From a virus (lineage: Duplodnaviria; Caudoviricetes), in IMG/VR virus record IMGVR_UViG_3300037882_002110, positions 1 to 54,623 of that record: a stretch of 54,623 nucleotides of DNA; one strand, 5' to 3'. Of this stretch, positions 1 to 8,698 are shown in pieces. How positions within the stretch are numbered: the first letter of the stretch is position 1; every line of letters begins with the position of its first letter. The notes under the pieces are model-generated. The model saw only the letters and a program-made list of their open reading frames with translations. It did no database searches and had not been told where the DNA came from. The position numbers were made by a program, and so were the translations under genes.

Positions 1-327
1 ATTCACAACTGTTTCTTGGCTCTCAAAGTCTCCTTCATGAACGAAATCTTCGAACTCACCCAAACACAAGGGCTCGATTTCGACGACATAGTTCGGATGG
101 CGGCTTCTCAAGACAGAATAGGTCACACTCACAATTCGGTCCCAGGTCCCGATGGTCGCAAAGGCTTCGGTGGCACCTGCTTCCCGAAAGACATGGCTGC
201 TCTCATCCAATGGTCACATGACCAAGGCGTTTCGATGGACACCCTCAAAGCAGCCCATTTCAACAATTTCGACCGTCGAGATGACCTCGATATCGAGAAT
301 CACGTTCCCCATATGAACGTTGGTTGA
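1..327 (+). CDS. ugd: UDP-glucose/GDP-mannose dehydrogenase family protein (5' truncated by window edge)
   Basis: Frame open from base 1; NCFLALKVSFMNE and catalytic GFGGTCFPKD motifs; ends soon after, without the C-terminal UDP-binding domain. Confidence 0.85.
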   Translation: MHNCFLALKVSFMNEIFELTQTQGLDFDDIVRMAASQDRIGHTHNSVPGPDGRKGFGGTCFPKDMAALIQWSHDQGVSMDTLKAAHFNNFDRRDDLDIENHVPHMNVG

Positions 328-362
328 CCCAGTCCCTGAAACCCTCCCTTTTAGGAGTCACC

Positions 363-767
363 ATGAACCGGTTCTTTGTGTTCCTCATGTCTTTCGTCGC
401 CATGTGTATGCTCTCGGCCCCCGCTTTCGGAGAAGGAGAGTCCTCGGGCTCTCTCACTTCCAGCTACAAGTATGACCTCCTGGAAAAAGAACACAAGACG
501 GCTTACGGCTTCTCGCTGTCGGCTTCGAAGTGTTGCGGAGTGGCTTGGTGGAGCTGGACCGGTTTCGGCCAGAACATCCCAGATTCCGGCAAGCTCTCCC
601 AGAGCCAGTGGTTCTCCCACACTCAGGGCATCGACTTCAACATGTTCAAGAGCCGTTTGGCTGTTGGCCCTGTGTTCGACGTGAAGCGTGAACTCGAAGG
701 CACCACATGGGCCGAAGGCGAGAATTTCTTCTCGGCTGGGGTTCGCGCCAAGCTCAAGGTGTGGTGA
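363..767 (+). CDS. Exported, small outer-membrane beta-barrel-like protein
   Basis: AGGAG RBS before ATG 363; signal peptide; alternating beta pattern; C-terminal aromatic (GVRAKLKVW). Confidence 0.55.
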   Translation: MNRFFVFLMSFVAMCMLSAPAFGEGESSGSLTSSYKYDLLEKEHKTAYGFSLSASKCCGVAWWSWTGFGQNIPDSGKLSQSQWFSHTQGIDFNMFKSRLAVGPVFDVKRELEGTTWAEGENFFSAGVRAKLKVW

Positions 768-773
768 TCTAAA

Positions 774-2375
774 TTGACGAACCAGATATCTCCCCCATCC
801 GAAAATGAAAAATGGGCCTATTCCCGTCAGAATAGGCCCTACATTCTATGGACAGGTCTCGCGGCTACCATACCCTTGATTCTGGGGATGGCGGCTTTCG
901 TACTTGGACACATGGAAGCTATCTGGTTCGTCCCTCTCCTCGTCTTGAACGCGGCCTATCTAGTTATATCCTATGCCATTGGCATCTTTGCTTCTGCTTG
1001 GGACAAGGCTAGACATCAAAAGGTATACGACTGGTTCCACCGCCAGTTTATGCCCATGATGAACCCGCCTTCGGTGGACGTGTTCCTGCCCGTATGCAGG
1101 GAGGACGAATCCATAGTCCTCAATGCCTGGGATGCCACCAAGAGACTTCGTTGGTGCGGAGACCTGACAGTCTACGTGCTTGACGACGGTGATTCTGACT
1201 TCCTCAAAGAAGAAGCTCTAAAGAGGGGCTTTCAGTATATTCGTCGTGAAGTCAAATCCATGAAGAAGGCTGGCAACATCCTTAACGCCTTTTCTCAGAC
1301 CAAAGGCGACCTGATTCTGATCTTGGATGCCGACTTCGCCCCAAGAGCGGACTTCCTTGAAGAAGCTGTTCCCTATCTGGTGTATGACCCCAGATGCGCT
1401 ATCGTTCAGACCCCCCAATACTTCGAGGTAGCCCCTTGGATGAGCTGGGTCGAACGCGGGTCGGGTTACGTCCAAGAGCTTTTCTACAGACTGATTCAAG
1501 TGTCTAGAAACTCTTTCAAGGGTTCGATTTGTGTGGGCTCCTGTGGGCTCTACAAAAGGTCCGCCATGGAGCGCATCGGCGGACCAGTCCAGATTGAACA
1601 CTCTGAGGACGTTTGGACCGGATTCACTCTGTCCAACGCTGGATATTATCTTGAATATCTGCCCCTGAATCTGGCCAAAGGTAGGTGTCCGGACTCTCTC
1701 CGAAACTACTTCAACCAGCAGTATAGGTGGTGCTCGGGGTCCATGTCCCTGTGTTTCACCAAATATTTCTGGAAGTCTAATCTGACTTTTGGCCAAAAGT
1801 TTTGTTATTTCTCGGGAATGTTGTATTACATCGCCACGGCCTTTTCAATGTTCACGCTTCCACTCCCCGGAATCTTCATGATTCTGTGGCTTCCCGAGTT
1901 CATCAAATGGTATAACGTATTCTTTTATCTTCCATCGTTCCTGTTCGGGACCATCATAGTGGTGCTCTGGTCTCACTATGGTGCGGGCTGGAATTATCTC
2001 CTCCTTCGCAACATATCCTATTACGCTCACTTTTTGGCCATCGTGGACAAAATGAGGGGCAAAGTTCAGGGATGGGTGGCCACCGGCCAAAAGGTTAAGA
2101 CAAACTCCAAGTTCACGCTCGCCAAGCGCATATGTCTTATCTGGTCATCTCTGATAGCTACCATCAATTTCACCATGGTGGGATTCAGGATAAACGAGGG
2201 CATGGACCCGACCGACTTCATCCCAGTGGTCCTGTTCTCCATATTCCATTTGACTGTAGCCCAGATGTCCTTCCTCCGGCCCGAGGGTGTCAAAGAAGAT
2301 TTAACCCCAGAGCCCAACCAAGTTCACTTTCCAGATGAGAGTCGAACGTTCCAAGATCAAGGAGTCTCCGCATGA
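774..2375 (+). CDS. Processive GT2 glycosyltransferase, cellulose synthase (BcsA)-like, no PilZ domain
   Basis: VLDDG, KKAGN, DADF, QTPQYF, SED and QQYRW motifs plus N- and C-terminal TM helices. Confidence 0.9.
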   Translation: MTNQISPPSENEKWAYSRQNRPYILWTGLAATIPLILGMAAFVLGHMEAIWFVPLLVLNAAYLVISYAIGIFASAWDKARHQKVYDWFHRQFMPMMNPPSVDVFLPVCREDESIVLNAWDATKRLRWCGDLTVYVLDDGDSDFLKEEALKRGFQYIRREVKSMKKAGNILNAFSQTKGDLILILDADFAPRADFLEEAVPYLVYDPRCAIVQTPQYFEVAPWMSWVERGSGYVQELFYRLIQVSRNSFKGSICVGSCGLYKRSAMERIGGPVQIEHSEDVWTGFTLSNAGYYLEYLPLNLAKGRCPDSLRNYFNQQYRWCSGSMSLCFTKYFWKSNLTFGQKFCYFSGMLYYIATAFSMFTLPLPGIFMILWLPEFIKWYNVFFYLPSFLFGTIIVVLWSHYGAGWNYLLLRNISYYAHFLAIVDKMRGKVQGWVATGQKVKTNSKFTLAKRICLIWSSLIATINFTMVGFRINEGMDPTDFIPVVLFSIFHLTVAQMSFLRPEGVKEDLTPEPNQVHFPDESRTFQDQGVSA

Positions 2376-2899
2376 AAGCATCTGTCTGTCCTGAATTCGT
2401 CCAGGTCCTCGATTTCGTCAAGTCTGCCGCCTTGGGATACAAGGAAGCCAAAGCTGACGACGGCAAGGTTGAACTCGACGAAGTCCTCGAAGTGGCTCAG
2501 AAAAATGTCGGTCTCGCCGTTCAGGCCGTCGAAGGCGCTGACAAGATCCCTGCCGAACTCAAGGCTCATCCCTTGGTTTGCGCCGAACTCGCAGTCGACA
2601 TGGCCATCGACGTGATCTGTGATGTCGTCGGGGCCAAAGATGGCCAAAGCGACCTCAAAGAAATCACTGAAGTCATGGGAGCCGTCGAAGCCCTCACGGC
2701 TGGTGTCATCAAGGCCCTTCCCGGTGGCGTCGACACGTTCGAAGTCATCCAGCTTGCTCTCGGCAACGTCGGCAAAGTCGTGGCCGCGTTCAAGGACATG
2801 GGCCAGATTCCTGCCGAGGCTAAAGAAGACCTCCGTGACTTCCTCAAGACCGTCGCTCTCGGCGCGTTCAAGTTCTTCAAGGTCGCAGTTCCGGCCTGA
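2372..2899 (+). CDS. Hypothetical helical protein with apparent internal duplication
   Basis: AAGGAG RBS, ATGA overlap with GT2 gene, two similar halves. Confidence 0.7.
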   Translation: MKASVCPEFVQVLDFVKSAALGYKEAKADDGKVELDEVLEVAQKNVGLAVQAVEGADKIPAELKAHPLVCAELAVDMAIDVICDVVGAKDGQSDLKEITEVMGAVEALTAGVIKALPGGVDTFEVIQLALGNVGKVVAAFKDMGQIPAEAKEDLRDFLKTVALGAFKFFKVAVPA

Positions 2900-2927
2900 G
2901 TATTGTCCATCTTTCCTTAACAATCCC

Positions 2928-2959
2928 CTGACCCTCCCCTTCCCGGGAGGGTCAGTTTT
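2928..2959 (+). terminator. Rho-independent terminator
   Basis: Perfect 11-bp stem CTGACCCTCCC/GGGAGGGTCAG followed by TTTT. Confidence 0.8.
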
Positions 2960-2981
2960 ATGACTCTAAGGGAGGGCTTGA

Positions 2982-3380
2982 ATGCTGGTTGGAGAAATTT
3001 TGGAAAAGACTGCTGAGGGTATTCAAAAGGTCCACACTACAGAGATAGGTCTGATTCTTCAGAATTCTCTTTGGGGTATCTGGCTTCTTTTGCCTGCCTC
3101 CACCATGAGTGGTCCCGGTTACGCTGTACTTCGTCAGGTGGCCCCAGAAATTGTGTGGGGTAGCATATCTTTTGTTCTCGGTATCGGCATCATGTTCTCT
3201 CGTTTGTTCAGACTTTCCGGACTGGCTACTGGGTTCCTGTTCGCTTCGTTTGTTTGGTGGACTATCGTGGCTATATCCTTTGGAATGCTGAATGTGACTT
3301 CAACTGCCGTCCCAACCTACGCAGCTCTGGCTGTAATGGCTGCGATGTCCTATTTGAAATCGGCTGCTCGGAGTGTTTAA
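2982..3380 (+). CDS. Multi-pass membrane protein (holin-like candidate)
   Basis: About four hydrophobic segments; GGAGG RBS. Confidence 0.6.
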   Translation: MLVGEILEKTAEGIQKVHTTEIGLILQNSLWGIWLLLPASTMSGPGYAVLRQVAPEIVWGSISFVLGIGIMFSRLFRLSGLATGFLFASFVWWTIVAISFGMLNVTSTAVPTYAALAVMAAMSYLKSAARSV

Positions 3381-3664
3381 TGTCGACGACCGAAGTGGTT
3401 ACCATAGCAACGACCGTAGCTGGTGCCCTCGGGGTCGGCCTTCGCATATTTGCCAAGTGGTATACTGAGAGAGCCGCAAAGAGAGAAGAGTTGGAGAGAG
3501 AGATAATCTCGATCGAGAGGGCTAGAGCCAACGAGGTCACCAATTCTTTGCTCGCTGAACTCAGAGACAGAATCAAAGACCTTGAAGCTGAGGTCAAGTC
3601 TCTCAGAGAAGAATCTTGTATTCTCAAAGGATGCAAGTTCAGGCAGAACCCTATTCCGGCCTGA
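3380..3664 (+). CDS. Single-TM coiled-coil protein (holin/lysis accessory candidate)
   Basis: TAATG coupling; N-terminal TM then heptad-rich coiled coil. Confidence 0.6.
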   Translation: MSTTEVVTIATTVAGALGVGLRIFAKWYTERAAKREELEREIISIERARANEVTNSLLAELRDRIKDLEAEVKSLREESCILKGCKFRQNPIPA

Positions 3665-3950
3665 AATGGACAGAGTGATGTTCCAGAACGCACCTAATCA
3701 TATAGTCAAGAACTTTTGGACGAACGAATTCGAAGCCATGTTTGGCTCTGACGTCCGTTCTTACCATACAGACTAAATGGTTAGTCGGAACGGCATCGTC
3801 AGTGTCATTCACATAGTAGACACCGTCTATCCCGATGGCCAATCCCAGTTCTCTAAGTCTGGTTTGAATGGCCACCACCACGGGGTCTGCAGCGCCCGAA
3901 TCTTGAAGACGGATAGCTTCTGCTTTAATAGACGCAGACACTTTGACCAT
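3651..3950 (-). CDS. Hypothetical protein
   Basis: 99-aa ORF filling the gap between + strand genes. Confidence 0.45.
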   Translation of the reverse strand: MVKVSASIKAEAIRLQDSGAADPVVVAIQTRLRELGLAIGIDGVYYVNDTDDAVPTNHLVCMVRTDVRAKHGFEFVRPKVLDYMIRCVLEHHSVHFRPE

Positions 3951-3988
3951 GTACTATACCTATACAACTATAACGAGGAGGGACGTTA

Positions 3989-4756
3989 GTGGAAATACCT
4001 GTTGGGGCTCTTTTGCCATTTGCCGGTCTCAACGCTCCCGATGGATTTTTGGTGTGTGACGGAAGAGACATCTCCAGAGCGGCTTACGGAAATTTGTTTT
4101 CGGTCCTGGGGGTGACATACGGGGCTGGCGACGGCAATTCCACTTTTACCCTTCCAGACCTCCGTGGTCGAGTCATAGCTGGGGTTGATGCCTCCGAAAT
4201 CAGGCTTTCCAATCTCGTAGCGGGGTTCACCCCCCGAATTGGTGGAGCCGGTGGGGTCCAAAGTGTGGAACTTGCAGTGGCCGACCTCCCAGCCCACACC
4301 CACGGTTCTAGCCTTACGGTTTCCGGGACGAACGCACCTTCGAACGTCACTGGGACGGCTGGAACGTCTGGGAATGCAGCCCTGACCAACCACTCCCACT
4401 CCCTGTCTGGGGCCACATCTCAGAATGACACGGCTACTCTTGAATCTCATGTCCACGCGTTCTCCAACCCAGTTCTCAGGAGAACGGCTGGATCTCAGGA
4501 CCTGCAATTAACTTCCGGGTCATACTCGTTCGGGGTCGATTCCCAGACCGAACCCTCCAACATCGACCACACCCACCCGAACGCCGGAGCGGCTAGTTCC
4601 GTGAACATTGACCACACCCACCCCATTTCTGGGGTGGCAGAAGCTCAAGCATGGACGGGAACAGTAGGAGGGTCGACTTCAAGCATAGGGGGCGGAGGGT
4701 CTCACTTAAACGTTCAACCCACAATCGTCATGAACTATATCATTCGCGCCATTTAA
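3989..4756 (+). CDS. Phage tail-collar domain fibre protein
   Basis: PVGALLPFAG..APDGFLVCDG..ISRAAY..LFSVLG.TYGAGDG.STF.LPDLRGR collar signature, repeated HxH motifs, C-terminal NVQPTIVMNYII. Confidence 0.9.
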   Translation: MEIPVGALLPFAGLNAPDGFLVCDGRDISRAAYGNLFSVLGVTYGAGDGNSTFTLPDLRGRVIAGVDASEIRLSNLVAGFTPRIGGAGGVQSVELAVADLPAHTHGSSLTVSGTNAPSNVTGTAGTSGNAALTNHSHSLSGATSQNDTATLESHVHAFSNPVLRRTAGSQDLQLTSGSYSFGVDSQTEPSNIDHTHPNAGAASSVNIDHTHPISGVAEAQAWTGTVGGSTSSIGGGGSHLNVQPTIVMNYIIRAI

Positions 4757-4769
4757 AGGAGTGTCGGTT

Positions 4770-5072
4770 ATGCTTTTCGGAAAAAGCTTTCTCATCTCGA
4801 TCCTGTTCAGATACGTCCTTCCAAAAGGCGTGGAGTGGCTCGAAGACTTCACCGAAGAGAAGAAGGAAGAAATTCGGGTTTTCGTTCGGGAGACTGTCCC
4901 GGGAGAACTCTATGACGAAAGAGCAGTACGTCTGGTCGAAATGGCCATGGATGCCGTGATAGGGATGGCCAAAGTCATCCTTTGGAAGAACGCCGACAAG
5001 TCTCTGGACTCTCAGGTGGCTATTGGGGTTGCCAGCTTGGAAGGCATTGCGAAGGCCGAAGCCCAGGTGTAA
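4770..5072 (+). CDS. Hypothetical protein
   Basis: AAGGAG RBS, follows the collar gene. Confidence 0.6.
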   Translation: MLFGKSFLISILFRYVLPKGVEWLEDFTEEKKEEIRVFVRETVPGELYDERAVRLVEMAMDAVIGMAKVILWKNADKSLDSQVAIGVASLEGIAKAEAQV

Positions 5073-5195
5073 GGTCCGGATACCTCATCCACAGGCTTCG
5101 CCACCTGTGGTCTTCCACGCCGGTCTCCACAACCGGTTTCGCCCCAGCGAACTCCAAGGTTCCTGGGGCTCATTTATGTTTGGGGCTCGGAGTTC

Positions 5196-6347
5196 TCAGT
5201 AGGCTTCGGTCACAACCCGGGACCGAGCTTGATAGGCCGCGTTGTTCCCAAGGGTGGTTCCATAGGCTGGCATCGTGTATCCGTTCCAACCGGCCATGTA
5301 CAGGGAGCTGTTTTCGAGTCCTGTGTAAAAGTCGGTGAAGGAGATGCCAAGCATCATCGGGGATGCGAGCAGGGTGCCAGCCGCATTGGTGTCTCTGGTC
5401 AACATGATCTTCTGGATGAGTCCAGCGAAGCTAGAGCCACACTTGCGTTCCCAAACGCCAGAGCTAATCATCCAGGTTCCGAGATGGTCCAGGGGGGCGT
5501 CCCAATAACGCAGGGTCCAGCTTCCATCGACGCACTTTTGGCCGTTGGTGAGAGTGATCTTGCGGACTATAGCGGACACTTTCTCCGAGTCCCCATTGCC
5601 ATAGCGCAGTCCGAAGGATGTACCACCACTGTGGGGCCAGAATTCAACATGGTGGATTTCGGAGACCGTGCCCGGGTCGACGACGGGGGCATCCTGGCCA
5701 GCCGCACCCGTAGCCCCTGTGGCTCCTGTCGCACCAGTGGCCCCCACGGCTCCAGCAGCACCGTTCGCCACGAATACCGTCTGACCACCACACGTGACGT
5801 TGGCACCATTGGCCACAGAAGTCACCGAGCAAGAGGCCCCTGCTTGGCCTTGAGCCCCCTGGGCTCCGGCAACACCGTCGAGAATGTCAGCCGTCTGGCT
5901 ACCACAAGAAACCCTGGCTACTCCGTTGGTCTTGACCACCGAGCAGGACTGGCCGTCGCGCCCATCTTGGCCATCGACTCCATCACGTCCGGAAGCTCCA
6001 ACTACCGAAAGGCCATCCTTGCCGTCTTTCGGCTTGAGGTCCACGAGAGTCCATTCCTTGCCGTCGCACGAAAAGAAACTCTTCTCCAGCTTCACGTAGG
6101 CCAGATTGTGGAGACGAATTTCAGAGCATTCTGGGAGAGTCTGGACGGACTCAGCCAGGAAAGATATCGGCTGAACGGCTTCGGAGGGCTCTTCTGCAGC
6201 GGCCTTGGATGGGACGGCTACTCTAGCCTCTGTCTTGGCTTCAGGCTCAACGGAGACCTTCTCGGAAGCTTGGGGGAGAGCTGGTTCCTGGGCTCCGCAA
6301 GCGGTCGAGAGAAGGGAGAGGGCGAGGAGAGAGTGGGTGGTCTTCAT
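5196..6347 (-). CDS. Lipoprotein with collagen-like Gly-X-Y repeats
   Basis: Lipobox LSTA-C; GxDG/GATGAT repeats; paired CSV...C(G) modules. Confidence 0.8.
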   Translation of the reverse strand: MKTTHSLLALSLLSTACGAQEPALPQASEKVSVEPEAKTEARVAVPSKAAAEEPSEAVQPISFLAESVQTLPECSEIRLHNLAYVKLEKSFFSCDGKEWTLVDLKPKDGKDGLSVVGASGRDGVDGQDGRDGQSCSVVKTNGVARVSCGSQTADILDGVAGAQGAQGQAGASCSVTSVANGANVTCGGQTVFVANGAAGAVGATGATGATGATGAAGQDAPVVDPGTVSEIHHVEFWPHSGGTSFGLRYGNGDSEKVSAIVRKITLTNGQKCVDGSWTLRYWDAPLDHLGTWMISSGVWERKCGSSFAGLIQKIMLTRDTNAAGTLLASPMMLGISFTDFYTGLENSSLYMAGWNGYTMPAYGTTLGNNAAYQARSRVVTEAY

Positions 6348-6408
6348 GGTCTTTGGGTCCTTCCAGTGAGTTTCAGAATTCAGGGGTCTTCATCTCCCCC
6401 TATTTTCT

Positions 6409-6437
6409 TTTTCGTCATGGAAGTTTCCGGACTTTAG
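6409..6437 (-). promoter_or_regulatory. Sigma-28-like promoter, copy 1
   Basis: CTAAAGT-N14-GACGAAAA upstream of the lipoprotein gene. Confidence 0.7.
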
Positions 6438-6438
6438 C

Positions 6439-6867
6439 CTAACGTTTGCGATCCGCGTCCGACGCGACTGGAAACACACACATCTTAGGGGCCGCTTCCA
6501 AAGCGGCTCGAAGACTGGACAGGAGTCCAGGCAGGACTTCGTACCCCCAAGAATGGAAATAGGTCTCGTCTTTAGTGAACTGCTCGCTGGATGTATGGGT
6601 CCAGAGGAGACCTGTCTCCGAATAGTCCACCTGAATCACCCTTTTTCTCCAACCCAACACGATGTGTCCGAAATTGGTGTTGAATCTCCACCAGGGTGTG
6701 GAGACGCACCTGGACCACATTTCGTATTCGTTCAAGACGGGTTTGTGGTCCTCTACCTTGAATCCAGCCAAGAGAAGGGCCCCGAGGAACTTGTCTCGGT
6801 GGTCCTTCGAACGCTCCTCCAGCTTGCCCCAATATTGGGGGTCTATTTCTATCACCATGCTGGTCAT
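6439..6867 (-). CDS. Hypothetical protein
   Basis: Coupled to upstream gene by ATGA overlap. Confidence 0.65.
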   Translation of the reverse strand: MTSMVIEIDPQYWGKLEERSKDHRDKFLGALLLAGFKVEDHKPVLNEYEMWSRCVSTPWWRFNTNFGHIVLGWRKRVIQVDYSETGLLWTHTSSEQFTKDETYFHSWGYEVLPGLLSSLRAALEAAPKMCVFPVASDADRKR

Positions 6868-7241
6868 GATTTAGGTCCGTCCTTCAGCTTTTCCAACACT
6901 TTGTCGAACCGTTCCCTAAAGGTCTCGGTTTCTATAGCGTCTGGGGCCTCCTTTTTGAGTTCCTCCAGAAGACCCGGCGGGTAGGAGAAGTGGATGTCGC
7001 AATAGGTGGAGTCGAAATCGTCATCTTCATCTTTCAACCATAACGGGTGCTGGCTAAGCCCATCGAGGTCGCCCTGATACTCTTCACGGTTCCCTCCCCC
7101 GGCCCGAGTCCTCACGACTATCGACTCTTCCATGAACATGGCGTCTCTGAAGCGGGGGAAGTCGTCGGGTTTGAGACCCAAAACGGCTAGGACCATGGGG
7201 GCAGCTTTGTTGATTCCGAACATCATGTTGTAAAGACTCAT
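6864..7241 (-). CDS. Conserved-looking phage hypothetical protein
   Basis: RFRD..TRAGGGNREEY..DDDFDSTY pattern; GAGG RBS. Confidence 0.75.
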   Translation of the reverse strand: MSLYNMMFGINKAAPMVLAVLGLKPDDFPRFRDAMFMEESIVVRTRAGGGNREEYQGDLDGLSQHPLWLKDEDDDFDSTYCDIHFSYPPGLLEELKKEAPDAIETETFRERFDKVLEKLKDGPKS

Positions 7242-7242
7242 T

Positions 7243-7590
7243 TTACCTCGCCTTTGTGTTATCGCGTGTGCTTAAAAATTCGTTCAACGTTCTTTCAAAT
7301 TCTTCGTCATCCTGAATCCTGGATGTCCATTCTACTGGAACAAACTTACCGTTCCGGTCCCTAAGGTGTTCTTCGTTGGGGTCGTACATCTGAGCTGAAT
7401 CCGTGGAATCCAAGTAGGTACCGACCACAATCCCGTTTCGAGCAAGCTCATGAAGAATACGGAAGGCCCCCACCTTCGAGCCTTTGGTCCCAACACCCAG
7501 CAGGGCTTCAACGACGTTCATAGTGGTCACCGTTTGGCGGTTTCGGATAAACCTAGCCACAAATTCCCTGGGGTCTATCTTGATGTCCAC
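7243..7590 (-). CDS. Hypothetical protein
   Basis: GGAGG RBS, GTG start, tight packing. Confidence 0.6.
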   Translation of the reverse strand: MDIKIDPREFVARFIRNRQTVTTMNVVEALLGVGTKGSKVGAFRILHELARNGIVVGTYLDSTDSAQMYDPNEEHLRDRNGKFVPVEWTSRIQDDEEFERTLNEFLSTRDNTKAR

Positions 7591-7649
7591 CGGAAGCCTC
7601 CTTTTTCCTGCGCTCCACTTCTTGGATTATGGCTCGGACCACGTGGTCA

Positions 7650-7994
7650 TCAAGCCAAGTTCCTCTGAACATTTCGTGCATTTCGCTCAGGGTTTTTGAC
7701 CTTAGGTCCAGGTCGACGCTTTGTGTAGTGGAACGGGGAAGGCTTGAACCATTCAAATCCGTCACTCTCCATGGCAGTTTCAATGACATAAGCTACCCCT
7801 TCAGCTTCATCTAGACTAGTGTTGACAGGCAGTTCCCCCAAGACCTGAAACGGCATGTTTCTGGAACGGGTGAACCAAACCGTGCGACCGTTTACCATCA
7901 GGCTGAAGTAGCGCCCTGGGATTCGAGTTTTTAGTTCTTCCAGGAGAGCCAAGCCAGCTTCTAAGACATGGTCCCTGATATTTTCTTTTTTCAT
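7650..7994 (-). CDS. Hypothetical protein
   Basis: Abuts upstream ORF. Confidence 0.55.
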   Translation of the reverse strand: MKKENIRDHVLEAGLALLEELKTRIPGRYFSLMVNGRTVWFTRSRNMPFQVLGELPVNTSLDEAEGVAYVIETAMESDGFEWFKPSPFHYTKRRPGPKVKNPERNARNVQRNLA

Positions 7995-8300
7995 TTAAAC
8001 TGGTCCCCACTCGACGGACCGGCTGCTGAGGGTTATTTCAACCCATTCGGCCAAGTCGTCCGAAATGTCGGTGGCCAGGGGTACCGTGGAGATTCGAGCC
8101 CGGGTTGTTTCTGTTCTGGGGGTTTCTATGGACAAGTGAGCGTGGACGACCCGATAATCCCCGTGTTCCACTTCCCGAGCCACGACTTGCCCTCCACGAC
8201 CGTCAGACTCGGTTTCCTCGACCATATCTTGTTCGATGGACAACAGAATGGAGGTGGTGGGATTGACGGTGAAGCAAAGGGTGGCTTGGAGTGTTCTCAT
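7995..8300 (-). CDS. Hypothetical protein
   Basis: AAGGAG RBS; directly downstream of promoter copy 2. Confidence 0.65.
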   Translation of the reverse strand: MRTLQATLCFTVNPTTSILLSIEQDMVEETESDGRGGQVVAREVEHGDYRVVHAHLSIETPRTETTRARISTVPLATDISDDLAEWVEITLSSRSVEWGPV

Positions 8301-8343
8301 CGGGGTCTCCTTAAGCAGGTAGTCGTTCTCAGCCTTCTTTTTC

Positions 8344-8372
8344 TTTTCGGCACTAGAGGCTCAGAACTTTAG
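8344..8372 (-). promoter_or_regulatory. Sigma-28-like promoter, copy 2
   Basis: CTAAAGT-N14-GCCGAAAA. Confidence 0.75.
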
Positions 8373-8681
8373 TCCGGCCCTTTCGAGAAGGTCTTTAATC
8401 CCTATCAGCACCCCAATATTGGTACAGCGTCCGACCGCTTCCTGAATTTTGTGTCTGTTATCTTTAATCCAAGCCGTATCGTCGAACCCTTCTTTGGTGA
8501 ACCATTGCCTGTCACCCATGTCCTTCCCGTAACCGCTGTATTCGACCATGTTCGACTTCCGGACCTTCTGCTTCCCGATGAGCCAGCTCACCCTGGTTTC
8601 TCCGGTGATAACAGCGCTATGGGTCCTGCGGCCACCCCGGTCGAAGCTGTATATCGTGTCTCCAACCCGAATCTCAGTCAT
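8361..8681 (-). CDS. Hypothetical protein (SH3-like beta-barrel candidate)
   Basis: AAGGAG RBS; IRVGDTIY..AVITGETRVSW. Confidence 0.65.
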   Translation of the reverse strand: MTEIRVGDTIYSFDRGGRRTHSAVITGETRVSWLIGKQKVRKSNMVEYSGYGKDMGDRQWFTKEGFDDTAWIKDNRHKIQEAVGRCTNIGVLIGIKDLLERAGLKF

Positions 8682-8698
8682 GGAAGTCTCCTTAAGAT

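Noticed and set aside
5073-5195. Hammerhead ribozyme on the - strand (ATGA-stem-GAAA-stem)
   Set aside because: CUGANGA core reads TAAATGA and there is no UH cleavage site after stem III
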